Below are positions 12,101 to 22,185 of a stretch of 64,000 nt of DNA, one piece after another. The notes under the pieces were generated by a model that worked only from the letters and a program-made list of their open reading frames with translations, made no database searches and was not told where the DNA came from. The position numbers were made by a program, and so were the translations under genes. Within the stretch, counting starts at the first letter, position 1. Each line of letters starts with the position of its first letter. Where the stretch lies: positions 3,248,175-3,312,174 of the forward strand of contig NC_134032.1 in assembly GCF_964204645.1 (NCBI RefSeq), given 5' to 3'. Source of the DNA: Tubulanus polymorphus. Its lineage: Eukaryota; Animalia; Nemertea.

Positions 12101-14203
12101 GCCCAGAACATTTAACTGTAGATGATAGTTATTTAAGTGAATACCAGAAGAAAATAAAACCGAAAGATCATGTTTTTACAGAAAAATTAATACTTACTCA
12201 AAATGATAAATACAATTATATTGTTCATTATAGAATGTTAAAATTTTATCTAAAACAAGGAATGAAATTAAAGAAAGTACATAGATATATTGAATTTAAT
12301 CAATCGAAGTGGTTAGAAAAATATATAGATTTCAATACTCAACAGAGAACCATATCAAAAACAGATTTTGAAAAAGATTTCTTCAAATTAATAAATAATA
12401 GTTTTTATGGTAAAACATGTGAAAATATTAGAAATAGAAATGATATTGAATTAGTGAATAATTCTGAAAGATTAAGACATTTACAATCAAGTCCTAGACA
12501 TTTAGGAAATAAAAGATTTGAAGATTATTTAACAGCAGTTAAATTAAAAAGAACATCATTAAAATTTAATAAACCTATATTTATAGGTTCAACTGTTTTG
12601 GAAATATCAAAATTATTGATGTATAATTCTTATTACAATGTTTTGCAGCCACTTTTTGGGGAAAAACATATAGAAATATTATATTTTGATTCTGTAACGG
12701 CTGACACCCCAATATTATTAAAATGTAATAATAAAATATTGGTAAGAAGAATTTCAGAAATAATTCCTAATCAAAATAAATCTTATATTTCATATGGTGA
12801 AAAAGAACTAATACAAATAAATGGTTTAATGGATGTTTGGACAAGAAATGGATGGAAAAAATTAAAGAATATTATTAGACATAAAACAAATAAGAAAATC
12901 TATAGAGTTAGAACTAAATTAGGATTTGTAGATGTTACTGAAGACCATAGTTTGATTAAACTAAATGGTGATGAAATAAAACCAACTGATATAAAAATTG
13001 GAGATGAATTATTACATAAAAGATTTTTCCCAAGAATGAATCATATGTCATTTGATGAAATAATTAATAATACTTATAATATAGAACCCGAAACATTGGA
13101 AGAAAAAGAATATTTTATCAAAGGATTTTTCATGGGTGATGGTTCAGCAGGTGTGTATAATTATGTTAGTGGAACTAAATATTGTTGGTATTTATGCAAT
13201 CAAGACTTAAAATTATTAGAAAGAATTACGAAATTCTGTGAAGAAGTTTATTCACATAAAACATTTAGAATCATGGATGTTATGAAATCATCAGCAGTTT
13301 ATAGAATACTTATAAATAATCCTAAAGATTTTGCTATAGAATATAATGATGAATTCTATATTCATGCAATAGTGAAAAGTAATACTTCGACAAAAGAAAA
13401 GATAGTTCCAGATTATGTATTGAATGCAAAAAAATAATTTAAGAAAATGGTTCTTCATTGGATTATATGCAGCAGATGGTTCAAAAAGTTTCAAAACAAT
13501 ATCTTTAGCTCAAAAAGGAAAAGTTGCTATATCAGGATTGAATATATTATGCACTTCATTAGGATTTAATATGAATATTGGATTGATTAAATCTAAACCA
13601 AATTGCTTTAATTTAAGCCATGTAGAAAATGAGTTAACTGAAGAAGTTAAAGATTTATTTGAAATATATAACCCAACGGATTATGTTTATGATTTATCAA
13701 CTGAAGATGGTACATTTAACTGTGGATTTCCATTAATAGCGGTCAATACTGACGCCTACATACTAAAAATCAAGACAAATGACATAACAAAAGACTTAAA
13801 AACATTAAAACATCATTTTGATTTTAGCAATTATCCTAAAGATCATGAATTGTTTAGCAATGATAATAAAAAGATTCCTGGTAAATTTAAAGATGAATTA
13901 GGGGGTGATGAAATGATTGAATTTGTTGGGATAAGAAGTAAAATGTATAGTTACAGAACAAAAGATCATGAAGCTAAAAAGTTAAAAGGAATAACAAAAC
14001 ATGTGGTTGATAAACATATAGAATTTCAAGATTATATAAAGTGTTTATATAAATCAATTGTAATGAAACACAAAATGAATTGTTTAAGATCAGAAGATCA
14101 TGAGATGTACATTAATGAAGTTGAAAAAACTAGTTTAAATCCATTTGATGATAAAAGGCATATTTTAGATGATGGTATAAAAACATTACCTTATGGTTAT
14201 TAA
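9139..14203 (+). CDS. Protein-primed family B DNA polymerase with N-terminal zinc fingers, endonuclease VII-like insert and an intein; +1 frameshift at A7 (13428-13434)
   Basis: YGDFES (ExoI), FHNLSGYD (ExoII), YIDANNLYG (motif A), KLINNSFYGK (motif B), YFD//TDA (motif C split by intein), KLKGI; CCYC...RDHDH...GAAHEDCN EndoVII-like motif. ORF 13424-14203 supplies the C-terminus. Confidence 0.95.
12691..13747 (+). mobile_element. Intein with LAGLIDADG homing endonuclease in PolB motif C
   Basis: Starts SVTADTPIL, block B VDVTEDHSL, endonuclease motifs GFFMGDGS and GLYAADGS, block F VYDLSTEDGTF, ends AVN followed by +1 Thr; excision restores YFD-TDA. Confidence 0.93.
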
Positions 14204-15513
14204 AATGGATCTATATCATCAAACTCGAAATCACTATTGGCTTCTTCATTTTCATTTAATTGTTCAGGTTCTTCTTCCATTCCATTTTTCTCATTTAAAT
14301 AAAGTTCTATCTTGTTCCACATTTCATCTCGCTCTCTTTGTTTCTTTTTGTTTGTTAATTCATCAAATGGAATTATAATATCTAGGTTTAAATAATTTAC
14401 AATCTTATTTAAAAAGAATTCATAATTTATTGAATCTGTTATTCTATTTTCCAAATGATACATTAATATTTGTTTAAATATTTTTTTTATATTTTCCATA
14501 TCTTCTTCTGTTAATTTAGGTTTTTCATAATAATCGTTAAATAATAAATATAAATACATTTTCTTTTGTTTTGTGTTAAATGTTGGTGGAATAATTGTTT
14601 TTATAATATCTTTTTTAGTTATTTCACCATTTTTATTTTCTATTATTTTCATTTTTTCAAGCCATTGCATATATTCTGGTGTATGATCTTCTATAGAAAA
14701 TATTTTAAAAATTTCATCTAGATAATTTAATTTTGGTTCTATGAGAAAATTTCTAGTTTTTTCTTCACCCCATAAATTCTTTTGCCATCCACATTCAACA
14801 CAAAATAACACAGTACCTTCTTGCCTTAAGGTCGCATAAATACATTGTGGGCATTTTTGTTTATAATTTACTAGTAATAGATCTTCATTAAGCTCTTGGT
14901 ATTTTCTTACGTTTTCTTTATGTTTTATTGTTCTATTATGTAGATTTGAATTACTTGTTGTAATAATCAATTTACAATATTTACAATAATATGTTTTTCT
15001 TGTTAATTCATTATATTGTTTTTCTAACTTTTCAACTGTTTCTTCATTATCTGGTAACGTTTTCTCATATTTTATTTTTTCTAATAAATTATTTTTTCTT
15101 GCATTGAATTCAGTTTCAAATTTATTAGAAATTTTATCTTTATGTACTTTACGAAATTGATGATTCTCCCAATCTTCTATATTTTCAGGGTTATATTTTA
15201 TTCGACAAGGCTCACAGAAATAATCGTTTATATTATCCTTATCATAGAATAAGAAAGGTCTTTTCCAAATAATTTCAGGTTCAACTTCAACAGAATTATT
15301 ATTACTTTCGTAACTGTCAACATTATCTATTAAGTTATTATTTTTACACTTCTCTAAATGTTTTTTGAAATAATTTCTAGAGAATGTTTTATTACAATTT
15401 GGACAGTTTATTTTAGGGGGTTTATAATTTTCATCATGTTTTTTCATATGTCGAGCCATATTACTTTTTCTTAGAAGTTCACCACAAATTTCGCATGCTA
15501 TCTTCTCATCCAT
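14200..15513 (-). CDS. Multi-zinc-finger protein with a C-terminal poxvirus VLTF3 (A2)-like late transcription factor domain
   Basis: Four Cx2C...H fingers, then zinc ribbon CPQC-x13-CVECG and IFKQIL...SINYEFFLNKI...DEMWNKI, matching by eye the VLTF3 pattern (vaccinia A2 IFKHLV...[11 protein letters not shown], recalled from memory). Confidence 0.75.
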   Translation of the reverse strand: MDEKIACEICGELLRKSNMARHMKKHDENYKPPKINCPNCNKTFSRNYFKKHLEKCKNNNLIDNVDSYESNNNSVEVEPEIIWKRPFLFYDKDNINDYFCEPCRIKYNPENIEDWENHQFRKVHKDKISNKFETEFNARKNNLLEKIKYEKTLPDNEETVEKLEKQYNELTRKTYYCKYCKLIITTSNSNLHNRTIKHKENVRKYQELNEDLLLVNYKQKCPQCIYATLRQEGTVLFCVECGWQKNLWGEEKTRNFLIEPKLNYLDEIFKIFSIEDHTPEYMQWLEKMKIIENKNGEITKKDIIKTIIPPTFNTKQKKMYLYLLFNDYYEKPKLTEEDMENIKKIFKQILMYHLENRITDSINYEFFLNKIVNYLNLDIIIPFDELTNKKKQRERDEMWNKIELYLNEKNGMEEEPEQLNENEEANSDFEFDDIDPF

Positions 15514-15581
15514 TTATTAAGGAAAAATTTTATTAAAATTAATTTTTAGTGATGAGCGGTAATTTTTTTATGTTATAAATA

Positions 15582-16331
15582 ATGGTAGAATTAAAAGAAT
15601 ACAGAATATTTGTTGATTCTAGAAAACTTACAAATTATAAATCACATAATTTACTAATACAATTAGATAGAGAATTCAAGAATTGTGTAGATTTAAAATT
15701 AGTAAATATAAGTTTATGTAACTCATTTTATAATATAACAGCTAAAAGTCTTGAACATTTATTTTTTTCAATCAAGAGTAAGGATAAATGGAATTATCTA
15801 TTTTTAAAACCAGGATTATATAATTTAAATACATTAGCGCAGGAAATTAATAAAAAAGCTCGGATCAAATTAGGTAGTGATGCTGAATTTAACATTAGAT
15901 TTTTGAAAAGTGATAATTCTAATAAAATGAAGATAAGGTTAGCTCATAATGAAAAATATCAATTTTCAGTTAAAAAACCTATAGCTAAACTATTAGGAAT
16001 TACACCAGATAAATATTATTCAAATGTTGATACTACACCAAATATAATACCTTTTACACACTTTTATATTTATTGCAATTTAATCGATCCTACAAAAACA
16101 TTCGAAGCAACTAAAGATATAACTTGTAATTCTGGTTTACTAATTTTACCAATAAAGAATGTTAAACAATTTGGAACTCAAATAAATTATAATTTAGCTG
16201 AATGTGATTTCAAACCTTGTATTCCTCAATTTAATAATTTTAAATTAGAAATAAGAAATCATAATGGATACTTAATTGATTTGAATAACTTTCCTGTAAT
16301 TTATGAATTAGTTATGAGATGTAAAGAGTAA
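15582..16331 (+). CDS. Minor capsid (penton-like) protein
   Basis: IFVDSR at the start, NSFYNI, PGLY, C-terminal NGYLIDLNNFP: pattern and size typical of Polinton/virophage minor capsid proteins. Confidence 0.75.
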   Translation: MVELKEYRIFVDSRKLTNYKSHNLLIQLDREFKNCVDLKLVNISLCNSFYNITAKSLEHLFFSIKSKDKWNYLFLKPGLYNLNTLAQEINKKARIKLGSDAEFNIRFLKSDNSNKMKIRLAHNEKYQFSVKKPIAKLLGITPDKYYSNVDTTPNIIPFTHFYIYCNLIDPTKTFEATKDITCNSGLLILPIKNVKQFGTQINYNLAECDFKPCIPQFNNFKLEIRNHNGYLIDLNNFPVIYELVMRCKE

Positions 16332-16347
16332 TTTTTCACCTATATAA

Positions 16348-16671
16348 ATGAATATAACTGTTGGACCGAGTATATGTTTTGGGTTTGATTTTAAACGTGA
16401 GAAAGATTATATCAAAAATATTGCATTTTCTAATGAAACAACATTTGAGTATGAAACAACAATAGATAAAGAAACTTTAAATGTAGAAAAGATTACTAAT
16501 TTAATTAGAGAATCTTTAAGATTTTATGAATTAGATGAAGATTTTATAATCGATGATATTAAGAAAATAATAATTGAAATATATACAAATGAAACTAGTA
16601 ATAAAATAAATGTTGAATTAATCATAAATAAGTTAACTAAATATTTTGAAGATAGTAATTTTTTTGATTAA
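16348..16671 (+). CDS. Hypothetical acidic viral protein
   Basis: 107-aa ORF preceded by the element's TAAATG motif, packed between neighbours. Confidence 0.65.
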   Translation: MNITVGPSICFGFDFKREKDYIKNIAFSNETTFEYETTIDKETLNVEKITNLIRESLRFYELDEDFIIDDIKKIIIEIYTNETSNKINVELIINKLTKYFEDSNFFD

Positions 16672-16674
16672 TAA

Positions 16675-16896
16675 ATGAGTGATAATAAGTGGATAATAAC
16701 TGGATTATATAATGGCGCATTACTATCAGTTGGAACGGTTGGTTATTCAATGGTATTAAAAAAAGTATTCAAAATGGGAAGTGTTAATGTTGATAGATTT
16801 GATATAAATGATATTTTAAAGTTAACATTAGCAGTTACTTTATCTAATTTAACTATTGATTATTTGGAAAAACAAAAATATATTCCTCCCATATAA
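16675..16896 (+). CDS. Small hydrophobic viral protein
   Basis: 73 aa, two hydrophobic segments, TAAATG start. Confidence 0.7.
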   Translation: MSDNKWIITGLYNGALLSVGTVGYSMVLKKVFKMGSVNVDRFDINDILKLTLAVTLSNLTIDYLEKQKYIPPI

Positions 16897-16921
16897 ATGT
16901 GTAATTTTTTTTATTAAATAA

Positions 16922-17344
16922 ATGGCTTCTGCAATTATAACTATTATAGGATCGGCAATTGTTAACGCTTTAGCATTTACTGGTGGTGGTTATTTATTTA
17001 AACATATTGATAAAAATAGTTCATTAGGAGAACAAAGAAGACATAACTTAGCGTTAGAGAAATACAATAAAGCTGCAGAAGAATATAGAGAAAAGAGGCA
17101 AAACTATATGGATTACATCAATAAAGAATTATATGATCAGAAGATTTCACATAGAGATTTTCAATCAGTTGATGATGCAATGAGTTTATATAACGCAGTA
17201 ACAAATAAAGAAAAATTACATCTATACAAACCTAAATTTTCAGATTATTATACCCCAAGTAAAGAACAACAGAAATATGAAATAATATGGATTTTAGGTG
17301 GAACAGTTATTGTTATATTTGTTGCTTATAAGTTTACTAATTAG
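16922..17344 (+). CDS. Viral membrane/coiled-coil protein
   Basis: Hydrophobic N-terminus (AIVNALAFTG), RRHNLALE coiled region, C-terminal TM; TAAATG start. Confidence 0.75.
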   Translation: MASAIITIIGSAIVNALAFTGGGYLFKHIDKNSSLGEQRRHNLALEKYNKAAEEYREKRQNYMDYINKELYDQKISHRDFQSVDDAMSLYNAVTNKEKLHLYKPKFSDYYTPSKEQQKYEIIWILGGTVIVIFVAYKFTN

Positions 17345-17363
17345 TAATTTTTTTTCTAAATAA

Positions 17364-17798
17364 ATGGAAGATAAAGTTGATAGTATTGATATTATTCCTC
17401 ATGATATAAATAAAACTAAATTAAAAACATATTTAGAAAAACAAATATTAGAATTTGAAAGTGACTTAAAGATAAAAAAGAAAAAATATTTAAAAAGTAA
17501 AATTATATATTATTTGATTATAAGTGGTTCGGTTACAATTAGTTCTGTAATAACATTTTTAGCAATATTCAGTCCATTAACACCTTTAGCTATATCAATT
17601 GGTGTATTAGGATTAAGTTCAAGTGTTTTAACTGGTATAAGTTCAAAATTTAATATAAAAAGTAATAAAGAAAAAATTAAAACTAATATAAAAGAAATAA
17701 ATAAATTAAAGAACACACTAGATTATATCATAAGTTTAAATGGTCATATAACAGTTGAAGAACAAGATAAATTATTAAAAGAATTAATAAATTATTAA
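17364..17798 (+). CDS. Viral two-TM protein
   Basis: 144 aa, central hydrophobic hairpin flanked by coiled segments; TAAATG start. Confidence 0.7.
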   Translation: MEDKVDSIDIIPHDINKTKLKTYLEKQILEFESDLKIKKKKYLKSKIIYYLIISGSVTISSVITFLAIFSPLTPLAISIGVLGLSSSVLTGISSKFNIKSNKEKIKTNIKEINKLKNTLDYIISLNGHITVEEQDKLLKELINY

Positions 17799-17815
17799 TT
17801 TTTTTAATTATATAA

Positions 17816-19204
17816 ATGGTAGATAGTTTTCCAAAAGCTTTCCAATATAATAAATCAATTAAATATAATATTCCGGCAATAGATTTTAATAAAGATATTA
17901 CATATAGCAATGAAGTTTTAAATTCATTAATTGATTTATATATTTATGTTACTGAAACTAATAATTTTAATGCAAAGATGGAAAATATATTTCATGTATA
18001 TTTAATTAATTTTAAAAAATTGAAAGATGAAAAACAATGGTTATTAAAATCTAATATGAAGTATTGGCAGAATCAATTAAATTTTGCTGTTTATTGTGCA
18101 ACAACAGGATGTGGAATTAGTTGGAATGATCATTTGAATAATTCTAAATATAAATTAATTCAAAGTTTATTTAGATTTCATACATACTTTCAAATCAGAA
18201 TAATATTAAATGAATTAGAGTGCGCTTTACCAGGATCTAGGTATTTTAAAGAATTAGATAATAATATTAATTTATCTAAGTTTTATAAGATTTGTAATGA
18301 ATTTAATATAGATATAAATAATTCTGATTTTAGAACAAAAATTGGAACAATAAGATCACTTCCTTGCCCTAAAAAGATTGCAGAATATTGTGCACTTCCC
18401 ATACCATCTAATAGTTTTTATAATATCTATAATAATAAATTAGGTTATGGTAAAATAGAAACAAAGGATTTAGAAACATTAAATTTCAATAAATTACCGA
18501 AATTTTATGATAATTTAAAACAAGAAAACAATAATGGTTGGGTATATTTTATTTTAGAAAATAGTGAAGGTTTTACTAAATCAGGTATAGAAAGAATAAA
18601 TCAATCTATTAGAACTTATTTGATTTGTATTCTAGGATCACAAGTTGAAACAAGATCACCGATAATTGGAAATTTGAATACATCATTCGATACACAAAAA
18701 CAATTTAAAGTATTATTTGAAGATTCCATACATAATGATAAAAATAGATCGATTCCAGAAAACATTATAAGATATCAAAATTATTTAGATAAATCTCATG
18801 TAAGACTTAATTATTGTATAGGCCCTAATCTATTAATTATTTCTAATGATTTAGTATTAAAGATGGGAAACATAATTGGTTATAATAATCTAATTAAAAC
18901 TGCAACAATAAATAATTCATTTGGGTTAAATGATATAAATAAAAAGATTATTACTGCTCCAAAATTAATGGAAGGTGAAAAAAATAAAAAACACATTCAA
19001 TCAACAGAAACTAAAACTAATAATATTAAATTAAATAATGATTCTAAAATAAAAGATTACAATACATCAGAAAATAATAGAACTGATAAAATTCAACATG
19101 ATATAATTAAAACTGATAATGATAATAAATCACATGAAAATACTAAATTAGCTATAACTTGTATAGGAATTGTAATCGGAGGAATATTATATTTTAAATT
19201 TTAA
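17816..19204 (+). CDS. Hypothetical viral protein with C-terminal TM anchor
   Basis: 462-aa ORF with WQNQLNFAVYCATTGCGIS motif; TAAATG start. Confidence 0.8.
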   Translation: MVDSFPKAFQYNKSIKYNIPAIDFNKDITYSNEVLNSLIDLYIYVTETNNFNAKMENIFHVYLINFKKLKDEKQWLLKSNMKYWQNQLNFAVYCATTGCGISWNDHLNNSKYKLIQSLFRFHTYFQIRIILNELECALPGSRYFKELDNNINLSKFYKICNEFNIDINNSDFRTKIGTIRSLPCPKKIAEYCALPIPSNSFYNIYNNKLGYGKIETKDLETLNFNKLPKFYDNLKQENNNGWVYFILENSEGFTKSGIERINQSIRTYLICILGSQVETRSPIIGNLNTSFDTQKQFKVLFEDSIHNDKNRSIPENIIRYQNYLDKSHVRLNYCIGPNLLIISNDLVLKMGNIIGYNNLIKTATINNSFGLNDINKKIITAPKLMEGEKNKKHIQSTETKTNNIKLNNDSKIKDYNTSENNRTDKIQHDIIKTDNDNKSHENTKLAITCIGIVIGGILYFKF

Positions 19205-19220
19205 TTTTTTCATTATGTAA

Positions 19221-20664
19221 ATGGATGTAGAAGGTGGAGAAGATATTGGAATGGATGACATGGGAAATGATAATGAAGGATATATTGATAATGATTATAA
19301 TAATGCAGGCGCTAATATTGATAATGATGAATCAGCATATAATTCTAATTTAACTACACCTCAATATATTGACAAAGCACGTTCAAAGATAAGTATTGAA
19401 AATGAAGTACCAGAAATAACAGAAAAAGAATACAATTATAATGAAATTATTCATGAATTTAAACCAATATTAAAAAAATCTGGTTTCAATATAACAGATA
19501 ACGGTATGGATAAATTAGCAAAAGATTTGAAATATTTAAATGGTGATTATTATTGGAAATTGAAAGGCGACTATTATTTTAAGATTTCAAATCTTAAAAG
19601 TAGCAGTAATGATAAAATAATAACACAATCAACTTCTAATTTATTAGAACAATCTAGAATTAAGAAAATCAATAATGATGTTATAACTGATGTTACAAAA
19701 AAAGAAAGAACTGTTAATTTTAAAGAATTTAAACAAAGAAATGCTAAATTTTTTGATATAATTAATGCAAATTTAAGACAAAAAAAAAATTCCTAAAGAA
19801 GTTATTAATTCCAAAACTAGTAAACCTAATTCAAGCGAAGTTCAAACTGAAAAACTTTTACCAAATGGATTACTTGATGCAACAGATCAACAATTAGAAG
19901 ATTTAAATATATTTTCTGATAAAACAATTAGAGAAATTATTAGTATAAGAAATGAAACTGATAAAATTGCACATAATAAAAGTATAAGAGATATTAAAAT
20001 TAACAATTTAGAAAAAGAATTAACTGATAAAAATAAAGAAATAGAACAATTAAAGTCTGATTTAGATCGTCAAGTAATTGATGAAATAGAATATAGGCAA
20101 AAAGAATCACGTTTAGAAAAAGAAATAGATGATTTAAAATATAACAAAGAATTACAAAAAGAAGAAATAGATACATTGTTAAAATCATATGATTATAATA
20201 TTAATAGATTAAAAGTTATTTTTAAAGATTTGTTGATTAAACCAAATTCTGAAATATCATTAAAAGACAGAATAAGATTATTATTTAAATTAGAAGGAAT
20301 AACAATTCTTTCAATTCTAACAGCTGTAACTATGTTATTTACAACAATTGGTTTAGCAATATCAAATGCTTTGAAATCTACTTCTACTCCCACTCCCAAT
20401 AAACCAGATAAACCTCCAGGTAATAATTCTATACAAGATAAAGTTAAGGATGGTTTAAAGAAATTAGCAAAATATTTATGGGAACTATCAAAGAAATCTG
20501 CTGCAGCATTGCCAGGAGTTATTGCTTCAATTGTTGGTTTTATATTGAAATCTGCTGGGAATATTCTTAACTTTGCTGCTGAACATATTATTTTATTTTT
20601 AATCACAGTTGTAAGTGCTATTATTTTTGGGTTAGTAAATATGATATCAAAAAATATCAAGTAA
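19221..20664 (+). CDS. Coiled-coil/multi-TM viral protein, +1 frameshift at A10 (19780-19789)
   Basis: The frame of ORF 20176-20664 is stop-free back to ~19790; removing one A joins it to ORF 19221-19796. No separate TAAATG before 20176. Confidence 0.8.
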
Positions 20665-20710
20665 ACCATGATATCAAAAAATATCAAGTAAACCATGATA
20701 TCAAAAAATA
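20641..20710. repeat. 27-bp tandem duplication (~2.5 copies) over a stop codon
   Basis: ATGATATCAAAAAATATCAAGTAAACC repeated. Confidence 0.9.
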
Positions 20711-20735
20711 AATAATTAATTTTTTTGTTAAATAA

Positions 20736-21851
20736 ATGAGTGGGAGTTATATAAGTCCTTCGAAGAATCATAGAATATCTAATGCTATTAAAGCAGAAAG
20801 ATCACATCATATAATTACTCATAACCCTTCAAATATTAATCCCGATGAAACTTTATATGTGAGGATTCCTCGATTAACACAAAATACTTTTTATGTTCCA
20901 AATAGTATTTATTTATCAGCCGATATAAAAGTAACTGGTCATGATAATAATTATGTTGTCGATAATGTTGGAAGATATTTGATTAAAAAGTTAACAATAA
21001 AGATTGGTCCAGAAACAGTTTTCTCATTAGATGATTATAATTTATTTATGTATAATAAAGATTTATGGTTAACTAAAGAAAATAGAAATAATATGATATT
21101 TCAGGGTATTCAATCGGAAAACCATAATAAATTAAGATCTGAAGCCAATAACGCAGTAGTAAATAATAGCGTAGATAATTTGATTAAAAAGATTTATGGA
21201 AGTAAATATAAAATTCCATTAGACTTTGAATTGATAAATAATAATGCACCTTTATATAAATACGCAATTCAAGAAGATATTATATTTGAGATAACATTTG
21301 CTCCTGTAAATGAAATTGTATTATCTAGCGTTGTTAAAGATATGGGTTATAAATTATCGAATATATGTTTAGAATATAACACAGTAACTAATGAAAATAT
21401 TGCTAGCACAATTCAAACTCAATACAATCAAGGATTTTCATTATTATATGATTATATTGATAAATTTAAAACTGTAACTATTAATGCAAATGATGAAATA
21501 ATTAATGAGAATATTAACTTTCCTAGAAGATCTATTAAAGGTATATTAATGTTTTTTACCATTGCAACATATTCTAATGGCGCAATAAATGTTGATAATT
21601 ATTATAATCCTGAAATAACAAAAGTAGAAATAACTATCGAAGGAATAGCAAATAAAATATTTTGTCAAGGAATGAGAATGATTGATCAATGGCCAGAAAT
21701 TAGAAAACATTTTATGAATGAAAAAGTAAAATCATCTGAAAATTGTAATATTAATCAAATTGATTATTATACCGGCAATAAATATGCATTATGGTTAGAT
21801 TTTAGAACAACAGAGGATAATTCATTACATGGTTCTGGAATATATGGATGA
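20736..21851 (+). CDS. Major capsid protein (double jelly-roll), probably C-terminally truncated
   Basis: ITHNPSNI...LYVRIP, VDNVGRYLIKKL, YYNPEITKVEITIEG, LWLDFRT...LHGSG resemble invertebrate Polinton MCPs; stops three codons after LHGSG. Confidence 0.75.
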   Translation: MSGSYISPSKNHRISNAIKAERSHHIITHNPSNINPDETLYVRIPRLTQNTFYVPNSIYLSADIKVTGHDNNYVVDNVGRYLIKKLTIKIGPETVFSLDDYNLFMYNKDLWLTKENRNNMIFQGIQSENHNKLRSEANNAVVNNSVDNLIKKIYGSKYKIPLDFELINNNAPLYKYAIQEDIIFEITFAPVNEIVLSSVVKDMGYKLSNICLEYNTVTNENIASTIQTQYNQGFSLLYDYIDKFKTVTINANDEIINENINFPRRSIKGILMFFTIATYSNGAINVDNYYNPEITKVEITIEGIANKIFCQGMRMIDQWPEIRKHFMNEKVKSSENCNINQIDYYTGNKYALWLDFRTTEDNSLHGSGIYG

Positions 21852-21921
21852 GTTGAAAAATATTAAAAGATCAAAATTACTATTTAGATTACAACACCCA
21901 TTTAAATATGAATTTATTTAA
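21841..21921 (+). pseudogene. Orphan 3' gene fragment, possibly the packaging ATPase C-terminus
   Basis: Reads YMDELKNIKRSKLLFRLQHPFKYEFI* with no TAAATG start; resembles from memory the tail of Polinton A32-like ATPases. Confidence 0.4.
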
Positions 21922-21929
21922 ATTCAATT

Positions 21930-22152
21930 AGTTTGTTAATCTAGTTGAATTCTAGTTATTGGTAGTTGTAACAAAAATCAAATAGATTTAACAATATTTT
22001 AACTAGCTTGTTAATCTATTTTAATTCTAATTACATTCTAGTTGAATTCTAGTTGTTAGTAGTTGAAACAAAAATCAACTAGATTTAACAATATTTCAAC
22101 TAGCTTGTTAATCTAGTTGAATTCTAGTTACATTCTAGTTAAATTCTAGTTG
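21930..22152. repeat. CTAGTT/AACTAG-rich intergenic repeat, ~100-bp unit duplicated
   Basis: Many CTAGTTGAATTCTAGTT units in direct and inverted arrangement. Confidence 0.8.
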
Positions 22153-22185
22153 CAACATCACACAATTAATTTTTTTGTTATATAA

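Noticed and set aside
20193-20771. 192-aa antisense ORF in the virus
   Set aside because: Shadow of the + strand gene and the 27-bp repeat; lacks the promoter motif.
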